64,000 nucleotides of DNA from Camelus ferus. Lineage: Eukaryota. The position numbers and the translations under genes were made by a program. Location: assembly GCF_009834535.1 (NCBI RefSeq), contig NC_045696.1, positions 56,918,001 to 56,982,000 of the forward strand. Reading direction: 5' to 3'. This document shows, piece after piece, positions 1 through 12,865 of this stretch (position 1 is its first letter; the number at the start of each line of letters is the position of its first letter). Below the pieces are notes generated by a model, which saw only the letters and a list, made by a program, of their open reading frames with translations, had not been told where the DNA came from and ran no database searches.

Positions 1-860
1 AGTTTACAGTGTATCAACTTTTGGTGAACAGCACAATGCTTCAGTCATACATAAATATACATATATTCATTTTCATATTCTTTTTTACCATAAGCTACTA
101 CAAGATATTGAATATATTTCCCTGCATTATAGCAGTATAAACTTGTTTATCTATTTTATATATAGCAGTCAGTATCTGTAAATCTCAAACTCCCAGTTTA
201 TCCATTCCCACCTCCCTGCCCCCTGGCAACCACAAGTCTGTATTCTATGTCTGTGAGTCTGTTTCTGTTTTATATATAAGTTCATTTGTATTTTTCTTTT
301 TTTTAGGTTCCCACATATGAGTGATATATTTTTCTTTCTCTTTCTGGCTTACTTCACTTAGAATGATATTTTCCAGGGCCATCCATGTTGCTAGAAATGG
401 TATTTTATCATTTTTTATGGCTGAGTAGTATTCCACTGTATAAATATACCACAAATTCTTTACCCAGTCATCTGTCAATGGACATTTAGGTTATTTTCAT
501 GTCTTGGCTTTGTAAATAGTGCTGCTGTGAACATTGGAATGCAGGTATCTTTTTGAATTAAAGTTCCCTCTGGATATATGCCCAGGCATGGGATTGCTGG
601 ATCATATGGTAGAATCTATTTTTAGTCTTTTAAGGAACCTCCATACTGTTTTCCATAAGGCTGTACCAAGTTACATTCCCACCAGCAGTGTAGGAGGGTT
701 CCCTTTTCTTCACACCCTCCCCAGCATTTATTATTTGTGGACTTTTGAATGATGGCCATTCTGACTGGTCTGAGGTGATACCTTATTGTAGTTTTGATTT
801 GCATTTCTCTGGTCGTTGGTGATATTGAGCATTTTTTCATGTGCCTATTGATCGTTTGTA
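1..860 (-). mobile_element. 5'-truncated L1 3' end (runs off the left edge)
   Basis: ORF2 C-terminal remnants ([24 protein letters not shown]) and a 3' UTR similar to the copy at 43 kb. Confidence 0.9.
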
Positions 861-2299
861 CTGCATTGCATTTTAATGTTAATTTGGGGAAAGCTTGGCA
901 TCTTTTGACAATTGAATCTTCTGATTTTATGGTATGCCTCTCTAGTTATTTTTTTTTTTTATATTGACCAGGAATGTTTTACAGTTTTAAAATATTTTTT
1001 GATCATTGTTTAAATACACATTTTTGCTAGGTTTCATTCTAGAATTTTATTTGTCTTGTTTTAAGTTGTTTTTTGTTTTGAATAGAATTGCTTCTTACAA
1101 TGGTTTTTTTGTTTGATACTAATCTAGAAGAAAGCTGATATTTAAATGCCTTTTGAGATATGTGAAGTTAAGTAAAAAGAGGAAAAATAAGTTGAAAGCT
1201 ATTGCTAGGTTTACTGTGAAAAGGTAAATCAGTTCAATTTTCCTTTCTCTACTACCTGCCTAATTTTCATAGTAAATTAACAATGGATAATTACTTTGCA
1301 AGCAACTCAATCATTCCTTGGTTTTTATATTTGGAATTTGTTCTGAAAGGAAAATTAGATAGTGATCTTCTCTTAGTCTCCTTAACAAAAGAAATAACAA
1401 GAACTTAAGACTTAGGAATTAAGATTCTGTGAATATTTGGTGAATGAACTGCTCTGCTTTTTCTAAGCTAGAAATAATAAGAGAACTTTATGGGCAAACT
1501 CAGTCAGCCTACTTTGGGTCAGTTATTGGGACACCTAAAGTTATCTTTTGGGGAATATGGATGTTTTTGAACTTATGATGTAAGTTTTACTGTTGTTTTC
1601 TTGGAATGGACCCTCATTGTCTCTGTGATAAAAAGAGGTGCTCAGGAAGCAATGAGGGAATATGAGAGGATCTTTGTTTTGGATGAAGGATTATGATATG
1701 AAGCACTGTTTGATTAACTGAAAACACTATGGATACACAATATGGTAGTTTACAAAGTAATTTGAGTGAGTTTTAGTTGTTTTTTTATTTTCCTAACCCA
1801 TAAATGTTACCCTAAGCTGATCAGTGCCACCTTCAGTTTTAGTTTTTGTTGGCATTGAGTCAAAACAATTTCTAAAATCAAAATACCCTATATTAAACCC
1901 TAAGACATTGATAAAATAGTGTTGTAAAGAGTACACAGTAGAGAGGAAACACCCCTGCTATATGAACACTCCTTTGTACAATATCCTTCTTACCCGTACT
2001 TATTTGAAGATATGAGGTATATTTGATGTTTTCCTTATGAAAACCAATACTAATAAGAAACATATGAATCTCTTCTACATAGTGTAGCTTTGGACAACTA
2101 TATTTAGTGAGATTTTTTAAGTTTCTTTGAATTCTTAAAAGGTATTTCAATTCTTTTTTCTGATTTCTCTCTGAATGACAGTGCTAATCTGACTGGTAGA
2201 ATAGTCTATATTCCAGAGGATTTTTGAGATAGATAAAGAAATTGAAAAACACGAAATCCTATTTACCCTCTGATTTGGCTAACTGAGCATTCTTTAACA

Positions 2300-3390
2300 A
2301 AAATTTTTATACGGAAAAATTCAAATATATACAAACATTGAGAAAAGAGTGTAAAAACTATATATATCCACACAGTTTCAATAATTATCACATTTTGCTG
2401 TTTTTATTTTGTCTATTCTCAATTTCCTCACACAGCTTTTTAATTGGAGTATTTTATTAAATTTTATTTAAATATAATTTCTGATTCACATAAAGTTTGC
2501 AAAAGTAGTACTTCGAATTCCATTATGTCTTCACCTAGGTTCCACAAATATTATTTTATTACATTTGAGTTACTATTCTTTCTCATTTTCTGAACTGTTT
2601 TACAGTATGTTACAGACATAATGCTCCTTTGTCCCTAAATACATAAGCTTTTATTTTCTTGAGAGAAGGACTTAAAAAAAAACATGAAACCACAAAACAG
2701 TGATCAAAATCAGGACACTTACATTGGAATAATATTACTATCTAATATATAGACTTTATCCAAATTTTGCCAGTTGGCTCACTAAAGTCTTTTATGGTAA
2801 GATAAAAATAAACTTGGTTCTGAGCCAGGATCTAATCTACGATCACATGTTATATTTAGCTGTCAAGTCTTTTTAGTTCTCTTTAAAAAGGGGGCAATTA
2901 CTCTTCTTTCTTTGACTTCTATTATCTTGATATTTTTGAAGAGTTCGTGTAGGTTATTTTGTAGAATATAGAAACAATTTGTATTTACTGGAGTAATTTA
3001 AAACAAGTCCCTAGATATTTATTATTTCACCTAGCAGTGAAACATGTTATACTTGAGTTTATATTGCTAACATGTAAAGATTTAAGAAACAACCATAGTG
3101 ATGTTATCTTACTCAGCAAAATTAATTATAATTCTTTAATATTATTTAATGTCTAATACTTACTTCTTCAGTTTTCCCTGATTGTCTCAAAAATGTCTTT
3201 TTATAATAGATTGTTAGAATAATGATACAAAGGCCATACATTCTATTTCTTTGCCTATGTCCCTTAAGATTCTTTTAATTTATAATAATTCCCCTTCCTT
3301 TTCCCCCATGCTATTGATAGTTGGAGAAACTAGGTCATTTGTCTTATAGAATTTCCCATATTCTGTATTTGGCTGATTGCTCAATTAAGT
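2300..3390 (-). mobile_element. Old L1M 3'-end fragments (nested)
   Basis: Degenerate L1MC/MD/ME-like 3' UTR phrases. Boundaries approximate. Confidence 0.5.
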
Positions 3391-4204
3391 GCTCTTAACT
3401 TTATGCTTTTTAAAAAGGTGGGCAATAGTGTAAGAAGGAAATATTGGTGCAAACCACTTCCTCTTGATCTACTCCCTTGGCTCCAGGGTGTTGTTTTCAT
3501 GCTGCAGGCATTCTTCTTTACAATGGTATAATGTTGATGATGACTCTTGAATCATGATTTGGTTTGCTTTTCAGTGTCTGCTGAAAGTGCTCATTTTAGA
3601 GTCAGGCAAAGTGATCAAGTCCAGTCTAAAAGTATCAATTGAACTACCATGGTCACTGAAAAATTTAAGTATATAATCAAGGCTTATTTTGTCTCATAAT
3701 TCTATTCTACTCCATCTAATACAAATATGACTTGCTTTGTTCCTAGTCCTAAAGTTGTTACAACAGAAACAAAGGATTATTTTTCATTAGCTTGTTCTTC
3801 TGAGACTAATTTATTTAGAAGCAGAGGCTTACTTTTATTGACTCATCTGCTTTATCTTGCCTAGGGAAACACAGTTGAATAAGGTAAAACATAAACTATT
3901 CTTGCCAGTAAGACTAGCTCAAGCTAATGGCTTTTTACAATTCCATACGCCTTAGCTAACTTGGCATTTCAATTTTTTTTAATCACTTTTTTCATGTTTC
4001 ATCTCATACATAAATATAAATATACCCATATTCCCCACTAACTAGACTGAATCATCAGCCTGTCAGGAGGAGAAGGTAATGGTAATCTGAGAGATGCTAA
4101 ACAGAGTAAGTGGATTTTAAGGACCAGATGAAGTCAAGGATAGTCAAAATGAATGTCTGATATAATTTTTGATATTATACTATAAAAGGAGGCAATGATA
4201 ATAG

Positions 4205-4430
4205 TGAAAATTTGTTGTATGCCTACTTCTGGTCATGCACTTTGTGACACACTTTAGAGGAATTACTTCTTCTGATTGTCATCATAACAACCCTATGAAG
4301 TAAGAACTGTTCTTATTCTAATGAATCAGGTAGGAAGATTGAGGCTTAGAGAGGTTGTATAAATTACCTAAAGTTACATAACTAATGTATAGGGCTATTA
4401 TTTAAAATCCAGTCTGTTTAACTTGAGAAT
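4205..4430 (-). mobile_element. MIR SINE
   Basis: MIR core-like aacaaccctatgaagtaag...attgaggcttagagaggttg..aaattacctaaagttaca. Confidence 0.75.
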
Positions 4431-4744
4431 TAACTCTAAACCAGGGTCAGATTTGCCTGTTTTTATAACTTGTTTCACTATTGCCAAGTAATTTATTACT
4501 AGTAGTTCTGACTCTTACTTTCTGCTTATTTGCCTGAACATAACCTCCACCCACTTAAATACTTGAATCTTTTAGACTATCTTGAGTCTTTTCAGACAGA
4601 CCTGCCTAGTAGCAAAGGCAAGCCAGTCTTTAAAATAGGCAGGTCTATCTACAAAATCTTGTTACTGCCAAACCAAAGGCTTTGTTTCCTTTCCTTTTCT
4701 TTTCTCATGTCTTCTTTTCTTTTTTCTTTTTTTGACTTTACAAA

Positions 4745-5180
4745 TAATCATTTATTTTGGTCATGAATCTGTGAGTTAACTAGGCAGGTTTTCTGATCTG
4801 GACACACCAGCTGACCACGGATGCATGCTCAGCTGTCTCCCATGTCTAGGATCAGCTGTTGAATTGGCTGGTGGCTAGATGATCTATCATTGTCTCACTA
4901 ACATGTCTGGAGGTTTGTGCTGGCTATCAATCGTGACTGGTTTTCTCCCTATGGCTGCTCATTCTCCATTATGCTAGATTGGGCTGGATCACGTGATAGT
5001 CTTGAGGTTCTAAGAGGAACAAGAGACCAGTCTCCAGTGCATCATAATTTTCAAATCTCTGTTGGGTCATGTGTACTATTATCCTTTTGGTCAAAGCAAG
5101 TCACGTGACTAAGGTAGAGGGGGCGGGACAATATAGGCTCTACCTGTTGATTGGAAGGAAAGAATTTTTGGTCACTTTTC
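4745..5180 (-). mobile_element. MLT1-type (MaLR) LTR remnant
   Basis: atttattttggtcatgaatctgtg ... ttggtcaaagcaagtcacgtgact resembles MLT1. Boundaries approximate. Confidence 0.6.
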
Positions 5181-6059
5181 CATCTATCAAGGAACTCCAG
5201 GGTAGGAAACACAGTGGCACTTTTGAAACATTCAAGCTAAGATTTAGAGTTCAATCAAACATCAGTGTGTGTGGCATGATGGAGAACTTAAACTTATTTT
5301 TCTGAGTAGTTATTTAATTTCCTGAATTCCAATTATTGAATAATTAATTCCTTCCGTAGTGATTCTAGATGTTTTCTTTATCATATATTAAATTCAACAA
5401 AAAGTCGTGGTATGCTTCTGAGATATATCAATTCTATTTCATTCACTGGTGTCTAGTCCAACCCTAGTAGTATACTGATTTATTACAGATTTAGAACATG
5501 TTTTATTAAGTGGTAGACCTAATTTTTTCTTACTACACTTTTAAAGTATATATATTTCTTGTTGAACTTAAGAATCTCTATCTACCTCCTCCAGTACACA
5601 TAAAATGCATTGAGATTTTGATTTAAAAATATATTAAATACAGAAGTTAATTGGAGAAATAAATACCTTAATATTTTTCCTATCCATTCAGGTATGTGAT
5701 CTTTTTCTCCATTTGTTCAAATCTTTTATATTGGTCTTTTTTTTTTTTTAACATTTTTTATTGATTTATAATCATTTTACAATGTTGTGTCAAATTCCAG
5801 TGTTCAGCACAATTTTTCAGTCATTCATGGACATATACACACTCATTGTCACATTTTTTTCTCTGTGAGTTATCATAACATTTTGTGTATATTTCCCTGT
5901 GCTATACAGTGTAGTCTATTCTACAATTTTAAAATCCCAGTCTATCCCTTCCCATCCTCCACCCCCCTGGTAACCACAAGTCTGTATTCTCTGTCTGTGA
6001 GTCTATTTCTGTCCTTTATTTACGCTTTGTTTTTGTTTGTTTGTTTTTGTTTTTGTTTT

Positions 6060-9000
6060 TTAGATTCCACATATGAGCGATCTCATATGGTATTTTTCTT
6101 TCTGGCTTACTTCACTTAGAATGACATTCTCCAGGAGCATCCATGTTGCTCCAAATGGCATTATGTTGTCGGTTTTTATGGCTGAGTAGTATTCCATTGT
6201 ATAAATATACCACATCTTCTTTATCCAGTCACCTGTTGATGGACATTTAGGCTGTTTCCATGTTTTGGCTATTGTAAATAGTGCTGCTATGAACATTGGG
6301 GTGCAGGTGTCATCCTGAAGTAGATTTCCTTCTGGATACAAGCCCAGGAGTGGGATTCCTGGGTCATATGGTAAGTCTATTCCTAGTCTTTTGAGGAATC
6401 TCCACACTGTTTTCCATAGTGGCTGCACCAAACTGCATTCCCACCAGCAGTGTAGGAGTGTTCCCCTTTCTCCACAGCCTCTCCAGCATTTGTCATTTGT
6501 GGCTTTTTGAATGACAGCCATTCTGACTGGTGTGAGGTGATACCTCATTGTAGTTTTGATTTGCATTTCTCTGATAATTAGTGACATTGGGCATTTTTTC
6601 ATGTGCTTTTTGATCATTTGTATGTCTTCCTTGGAGAACTGCTTGCTTAGGTCTTCTGCCCATTTTTGGATTGGGTTGTTTATTTTTTTCTTATTGAGTC
6701 ATATGAGCTGCTTATATATTCTGGAGATCAAGCCTTTGTCGGTTTCACTTGCAAAAATTTTCTCCCATTCCGTAGGTTTTCTTCTTGTTTTATTTCTGGT
6801 TTCCTTTGCTGTGCAGAAGCTTGTAAGTTTCATTAGGTCCCATTTGTTTATTCTTGCTTTTATTTCTTCTAGGAGAAAATTTTTTAAATGTATGTCAGAT
6901 AATGTTTTGCCTATGTTTTCCTCTAGGAGGTGTATTGTATCTTGTCTTATGTTTAAGTCTTTAATCCATTTTGAGTTGATTTTTGTATATGGTGTAAGGG
7001 AGTGTTCTAGCTTCATTGTTTTACATGCTGCTGTCCAGTTTTCCCAACACCATTTGCTGAAGAGACTGTCTTTATTCCAATGTATATTCTTGCCTCCTTT
7101 GTCAAAGATGAGTTGACCAAAAGTTTGTGGGTTCATTTCTGGGCTCTCTATTCTGTTCCATTGGTCTATATGTCTGTTTTGGTACCAATACCATGCTGTC
7201 TTGATGACTGTAGCTCTATAGTATTGTCTGAAGTCTGGGAGAGTTATTCCTCCAGCCTCTTTCTTTCTCTTCAGTAATGCTTTGGCAATTCTAGGTCTTT
7301 GATGGTTCCATATGAATTTTATTATGATTTTTTCTAGTTCTGTGAAATATGTCCTGGGTAATTGGATAGGGATTGCATTAAATCTGTAGATTGCCTTGGG
7401 CAGTGTGACCATTTTAACAATATTGATTCTTCCAATCCAAGAGCATGGAATATCTTTCCATTTTTTAAAATCTTCTTTAATTTCCTTCATCAATGGTTTA
7501 TAGTTTTCTGTGTATAATTCTTTCACCTCCTTGGTTAGGTTTATTCCCAGATATTTTATTACTTTGGGTGCTATTTTAAAGGGGATTGTTTCTTTACTTT
7601 CTTCTTCTGTTGATTTATCCTTAGTGTAAAGAAATGCAACTGATTTTTGAACGTTAATTTTGTAACCTGCTACCTTGCTGAATTCTTCAATCAGCTCTAG
7701 TAGCTTTTGTGTGGACCTTTGAGGGTTTTCTATATATAGTAACATGTCATCAGCAAATAATGACACTTTTACCTCTTCTTTTCCAATTTGGATCCCTTTT
7801 ATTTCTTTCTCTTGCCTGACTGCTGTGGCTAGGACTTCCAGGACTATGTTGAATAGGAGTGGTGATAGTGGGCATCCTTGTCTTGTCCCAGATTTTAGTG
7901 GGAAGCTTTTGAGTTTTTCACCGTTGAGTACTATGCTGGCTGTAGGTTTGTCATATATAGCTTTTATTATGTTGAGATATGTTCCCTCTATACCCACTTT
8001 GGGGAGAGTTTTTATCATAAATGGGTGTTGAATTTTATCAAATGCTTTTTCTGCATCGATTGAGATGATCATGTGATTTTTGTCCTTTCTCTTGTTGATG
8101 TGATGTATTACACTGATTGATTTGCGTATGTTGAACCAGCCTTGTGTCCCTGGGATGAACCCCACTTGGTCATGATGTATAATCTTTTTTATGTGTTGTT
8201 GGATTCTATTTGCTAAAATTTTGGTGAGGATTTTGGCGTCTATGTTCATCAGTGATATTGGCCTATAATTCTCTTTTTTTGTAGTGTCTTTGCCTGGTTT
8301 TGGTATCAGGTTGATGGTGGCTTCATAGAATGAGTTTGGGAGTATTCCCTCCTTTTCAATCGTCTGGAAGAGTTTGAGAAGGACTGGTATGAGTTCTTCT
8401 TTGTATGTTTGGTAGAATTCCCCGGTGAAGCCGTCCAGTCCTGGACTTTTATTTGTAGGGAGGTTTTTAATTGCTATTTCTATTTCCTTTCTAGTGATCG
8501 GATTGTTCAAGTGTTCAGATTCTTCTTGATTCAGTTTTGGTGGACAGTATGTTTCCAGAAACTTGTCCATCTCCTCTAGGTTATCCAGTTTGGTTCCATA
8601 CAGTTTTTCATAATATTCTCTTATGATATTCTGTATTTCTATTTTGTTTGTTGTAATTTCTCCATTTTCCTTTCTTATTTTGCTAATTTGTGCTCTCTCT
8701 TTTTTCTTCTTTGTGAGTTTGGCCAGAGGTTTGTCGATTTTATTTACTTTTTCAAAAAACCAGCTTTTGGTTTGGTTGATTTTTTCTATGGTCTTGTTAA
8801 TCTCTATTGTATTTAATTCCTCTCTGATCTTTATTATTTCCTTCCTTCTGCTGCTTTTTGGGGCATTTTGTTCTTCTTTTTCTAATTCATTCAGGTGGTG
8901 GGTTAAATTGTTTATTTGAGATTGTTCTTTTTTGAGGAAGGCCTGTATCGCTATAAACTTCCCTCTTAGCACTGCCTTTGCTGTGTCCCATAGGTTTTGA

Positions 9001-9848
9001 GTGGTTGTGCTTTCATTATCATTTGTCTCAAGGTATTTTTTAATTTCAGCTTTGATTTCCTCATTGATCCATTGTTTTTTCAATAACATCTTGTTTAATC
9101 TCCATGCTTTCCTTTTTTTCTCCTTTGTTTCTCTGTTGTTGATTTCCAGTTTCATGGCATTGTGGTCAGTAAAGATGCTTGAGATAATTTCTATCTTCTT
9201 AAAATTGTTGAGGTTTCTTTTGTGCCCAAGTACATGATCGATCCTGGAAAATGTTCCATGTGCACTTGAAAAGAATGTATATCCTATTTTTGGGGGGTGT
9301 AATGCTCTGAAAATATCCACAAAATCTAGTTTTTCTATTGTAGTATTTAATTTCTCTGTTGCCTTGTTTATTTTCTGTCTGGAAGATCTGTCTAGTGATG
9401 TTAATGCAGTGTTAAAATCTCCAACTATGATTGTATTCCCATCAATATCCCCCTTTATCTCTGTTAGTAATTCTTGTATGTACTTAGGTGCTCCTATATT
9501 GGGTGCATATATATTAACGAGTGTAATATCCTCATCTTGTATCACTCCTTTAATCATTAGAAAATGTCCTTCTTTACCTTTCTTTATGGCCTTTGTTTTA
9601 AAGTTTATTTTGTCTGAAATCAGTACTGCAACACCTGCTTTTTTGGCTTTTCCATTTGCATGGAATATCCTTTTCCATCCTTTCACTCTTAATCTATATG
9701 TGTCCTTCTCCCTAAAGTGGGTCTCTTGTATGCAGCCTATTGAAGGTTCTTGCTTTATTATCCAGTCTGCCACTCTGTGTCTTTTGACTGGAGCATTTAG
9801 TCCATTAACATTTACAGTAATTAATGATAGATGTGTGTTTATTGCCAT
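6060..9848 (-). pseudogene. L1 ORF2 (endonuclease/reverse transcriptase), 1262 codons, interrupted by a single in-frame TGA at 6699-6701
   Basis: APE motifs NVNGLN, IQETH, GDFN, TDH; PIP-box-like QTKSWFF; RT motifs QGCPLSP and LFADDM. ORF 6060-6617 is in the same frame and holds the CCHC motif [14 protein letters not shown]. Confidence 0.95.
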
Positions 9849-10252
9849 TTTGAACTTATCTTTGCAGTTGAATTGGTATATCCTCTTTGTTCCTTTCTTC
9901 TTCCTTTTGTGGTTTGGTAATTTTCCTTTGTATTATCGAGGATTTTATTTAATTTTTGTGACTCCTTTGTAAATTTTTGGCTTGTGGTTACCCTTTTTTG
10001 TAAATCTATCAACCCATTACTATAACTGTCTTTATTAAACTGATAGTAACATGATCTCAAACCCATCCTACTGTTAAAAAAATTTTAAAAAGAAAGAAAA
10101 AAATATTCTATATTTCCCTGCCTCCCTCTCCCACTCTCAGTGATTTGTATGTCTTCTTTTATAATTTCATGTTTACTTTATTTGTAATTCATGAGTTATC
10201 ACCTTTCCAGTTGTGTGTTTCTCATTTCTGTAGCATCCTGCTGCTTTTCTAT

Positions 10253-11155
10253 TTAGAATAGCCCTTTCAATATTTCTTTTAGCATGGGTTTAGTGTTGCT
10301 AAACTCCTGCAGCTTTTTTTTGTCTGTGAAACTCTTTATTTCTCCTTCTATCCTCAAGGATAGCCTTGCTGGGTAAAGGATCCTAGGCTGCATCTTTTTT
10401 TCATTCAGGGCTTTGAATATATCTTGCCACTCCCTTCTGGCCTGTAGTGTTTGTGTAGAGAAATCAGCTGAGAGCCTTATGGGGGTTCCCTTGTAACTTA
10501 CTCTTTGCTTTTCTCTTGCTGCCTTTAGAATCATTTCTTTATCCTTGACTCTGGCCATCTTGATTATGATATGTCTTGGTGTGGGTCTATTTGGGTTCTT
10601 CCTGTTTGGGACCCTCTGAGCTTCCTGTACTTGGATATCTGATTCCTTCTTTAAGTTTGGGAAGTTTTCAGTCATGATTTCTTCAAAAACCTTTTCAATC
10701 CCCTTTGATCTTTCTTCTCCTTCTGGGACCCCTATTATGCGAAGATTGGCACGCTTTATATTATCCCATAGGTCCCTTATGCTATTTTCATTATTTTTTA
10801 TTTGCTTCTCTTGTAGTTCTTCTGAATGGGTGCTTTCTATTGCCCTGTCTTCTAGATCACTAATTCGTTCCTCTGCATTATCTAGTCGGCTTTGCACAGC
10901 TATTAGATCATTCCTCATCTCTGTCAATGAGTTTACCCATTCTACTTGGCTCTTCTTTATAGCTTCAATTTCATTTTTGACATATTTTATATCTCTAAAC
11001 ACTATCTCTTTTAATTCCTTCAGCAATTCGATCACTCCTTTTTTGAAATCTTGATCTAGTAGGCTATCGGTGTCTATTTCATTGATCTTTCTTTCAGGGG
11101 ATTTCTCTTGTTCTTTTAATTGGGAAAGGTTTTTCTGCTTCTTCATCTTGCTCAT
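10253..11155 (-). CDS. L1 ORF1p (RNA-binding chaperone), 300 aa, open
   Basis: Coiled-coil N-half, NLRIIGVPE (RRM), PRHIIIK, REKQ, ARREW and YPARLS motifs typical of L1 ORF1p. Confidence 0.95.
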   Translation of the reverse strand: MSKMKKQKNLSQLKEQEKSPERKINEIDTDSLLDQDFKKGVIELLKELKEIVFRDIKYVKNEIEAIKKSQVEWVNSLTEMRNDLIAVQSRLDNAEERISDLEDRAIESTHSEELQEKQIKNNENSIRDLWDNIKRANLRIIGVPEGEERSKGIEKVFEEIMTENFPNLKKESDIQVQEAQRVPNRKNPNRPTPRHIIIKMARVKDKEMILKAAREKQRVSYKGTPIRLSADFSTQTLQARREWQDIFKALNEKKMQPRILYPARLSLRIEGEIKSFTDKKKLQEFSNTKPMLKEILKGLF

Positions 11156-11559
11156 ACCTCTTTGGCACTGTGGTTTATGGAGTATCAGTTGTTTATTTTG
11201 GTCCTTAAGGATTTTATCTATCTGATGCCTATTTAGGGATAGAACTTAGGAAAAAAGGAAAAAGAAATATGAGAGAGAGGGAAAGAATTTTAAAAGAAGG
11301 GAGAAAGAGGGTTTGAAAACAGTGTATAATGAATAATAGAAGAGTGAGTTGAAGCAGAGTATTAATCGGGTTGAGACGTCCTTTTGAAACCTTTACAAAA
11401 AAGAGGGGGGGGAATGAATAGATGTATTTTAAACCTGTGTCAAATCAATAGCAGGACATCAAAACCCAAGAGAAACAGAAATGAATTAAGAAGTAAAGAT
11501 TAAGAGAGTAATAGAAAATAGAACAGGTAAAAACAGATTTAAAAAAAAAAAGGGGTGGG

Positions 11560-12865
11560 GAGTTTGTCGGTGTTCTCCTGGAGTCTGTGTCCTTTTAATG
11601 TGAAGTCTTTCTGTCTTCGTCCTGTTTTGGAAGCTCAGCTTGCTGTTTTCAGAGGCCCTCCGTTGGCGTCCTCTTCTGTGCTGCTTCCAGCACCTGTCGG
11701 CAAGCAGATCGCGCCTCCTCCTAACACTGGGTCAGGTGCACCTCTCTGCTGTGGGCGGGCGGGTCGCTGCCCCTCCGGATGCCGCAGTCAGCTGTTGCAG
11801 ACTGGCCGGGTAGGAGGGCGGGTCGTGCCCCCTCCCAGCACCTCGGTCAGGGGCTGTGTTCCTGCCAGAAAGGCGGGGGGGGGGGGGGGCGCTCACCTTC
11901 TACCTGCGCCGCTGGTAGTTCCGCTCTCTGTGCGGCTGTGCGGCGCTCCGCCCTGTGCGGCGCTCCGCCCTGGTCAGCGCTCTGCGGGTGGGCTCGGGGA
12001 AGACCGAGGGACAGCCCTGTCCCTGCGCTGAGCCAAAACCCAGCTCCTTGTTTGTCTTTGTGGAGCAAGTTCTCTGAGGGACCAGGATGGAAGAATCCTA
12101 TCTGCCCCGGGCTGCAGGCCAGTCTCAGTCTGGCCTTTGAGGCTGCTAAGCCCTTCAGTGTGGATGCAGGTTTCGCCCCCACCCCCGCCTGAGTGCTCAG
12201 CGCGGAGGATATGGTGGCGGTGGCTGTGCCTGAGCCCCGCCTCTCTTCCCCCGAAAACTTTCGGGGGTTTTCAGAGATGCGGGTGTGCACCCTTCCCCCG
12301 AGAGCACATCAACCTTGCTGTTTTATGGAGGGCCCAGGTTGTTCTGCCCTGTGCACCCACAGCCACGGCGCGCAGCCCCTTGCTTTCCCCCGGGGCTGCC
12401 TCCGTGCAGCCACTTCCGTCCTCCGCCCGGCTTGTGCAGGCTGGCCCTGCCCTCGGCTGCCGGCCCGCGTCTCAGGCTGGGTGTCCGGGGGGCGCTCTGT
12501 GCCCGTTTAACTTAGTTCTGTTAGTCAAGGGCTGCTCTGTACAGATCCAAGCCTCGGAGGCTACCCCTCCGTCCCGCTGGCCTCTCAGTTGGAGAGGGGA
12601 GACCCAGCGAGCGAGCGCCAGTCCTCCCCTGCCGCTCCCTCCCCGCGGGACCCGTCCTGCGCTGCTTTGCCTTTTGTTCTTTCTTTTTTCCTTTTCTCCT
12701 ACCAGATTTTTGGCGTCTTTATCTTTTGAAGAGGGCGATGTTCTGTCGGAGTTCCACAGGTCCTCTGGTTGGCTGAGTGGGTCTGTAGTTGTGGGTCTTG
12801 GTGTATCTGTGGGAGAGGGTGACCTGCGAGCGTCCTTCTACTCCGCCATCTTCCCGACACACCCC
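11560..12865 (-). promoter_or_regulatory. CpG-rich L1 5' UTR internal promoter with YY1 motif
   Basis: The only GC/CpG-rich block in the window. CCGCCATCTT (YY1 core) at 12843-12852 near the element's 5' end. ~15-G run near 11875-11889 and a 17-bp tandem at ~11936-11969. Confidence 0.8.

Larger units (their letters stand above)
5742..12865 (-). mobile_element. Young full-length LINE-1 (~7.1 kb), antisense to the host gene
   Basis: Perfect TSD tatattggtcttttt at 5727-5741 and 12866-12880. Short poly(A) with AATAAA, 3' UTR, ORF2, ~400-nt spacer, ORF1 and a 1.7-kb 5' UTR starting GGGGTGTGTCGGGAAGATGGCGG. Confidence 0.98.

Noticed and set aside
6556..11054. Plus-strand ORFs such as 6556-7116, 9364-9972 and 10674-11054
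   Set aside because: Antisense shadows of L1 ORF1/ORF2. Similar hydrophobic ORFs recur in every L1 copy.
11779..12515. Multiple overlapping ORFs on both strands in the L1 5' UTR
   Set aside because: Expected in GC-rich, stop-poor sequence. No recognisable domains.
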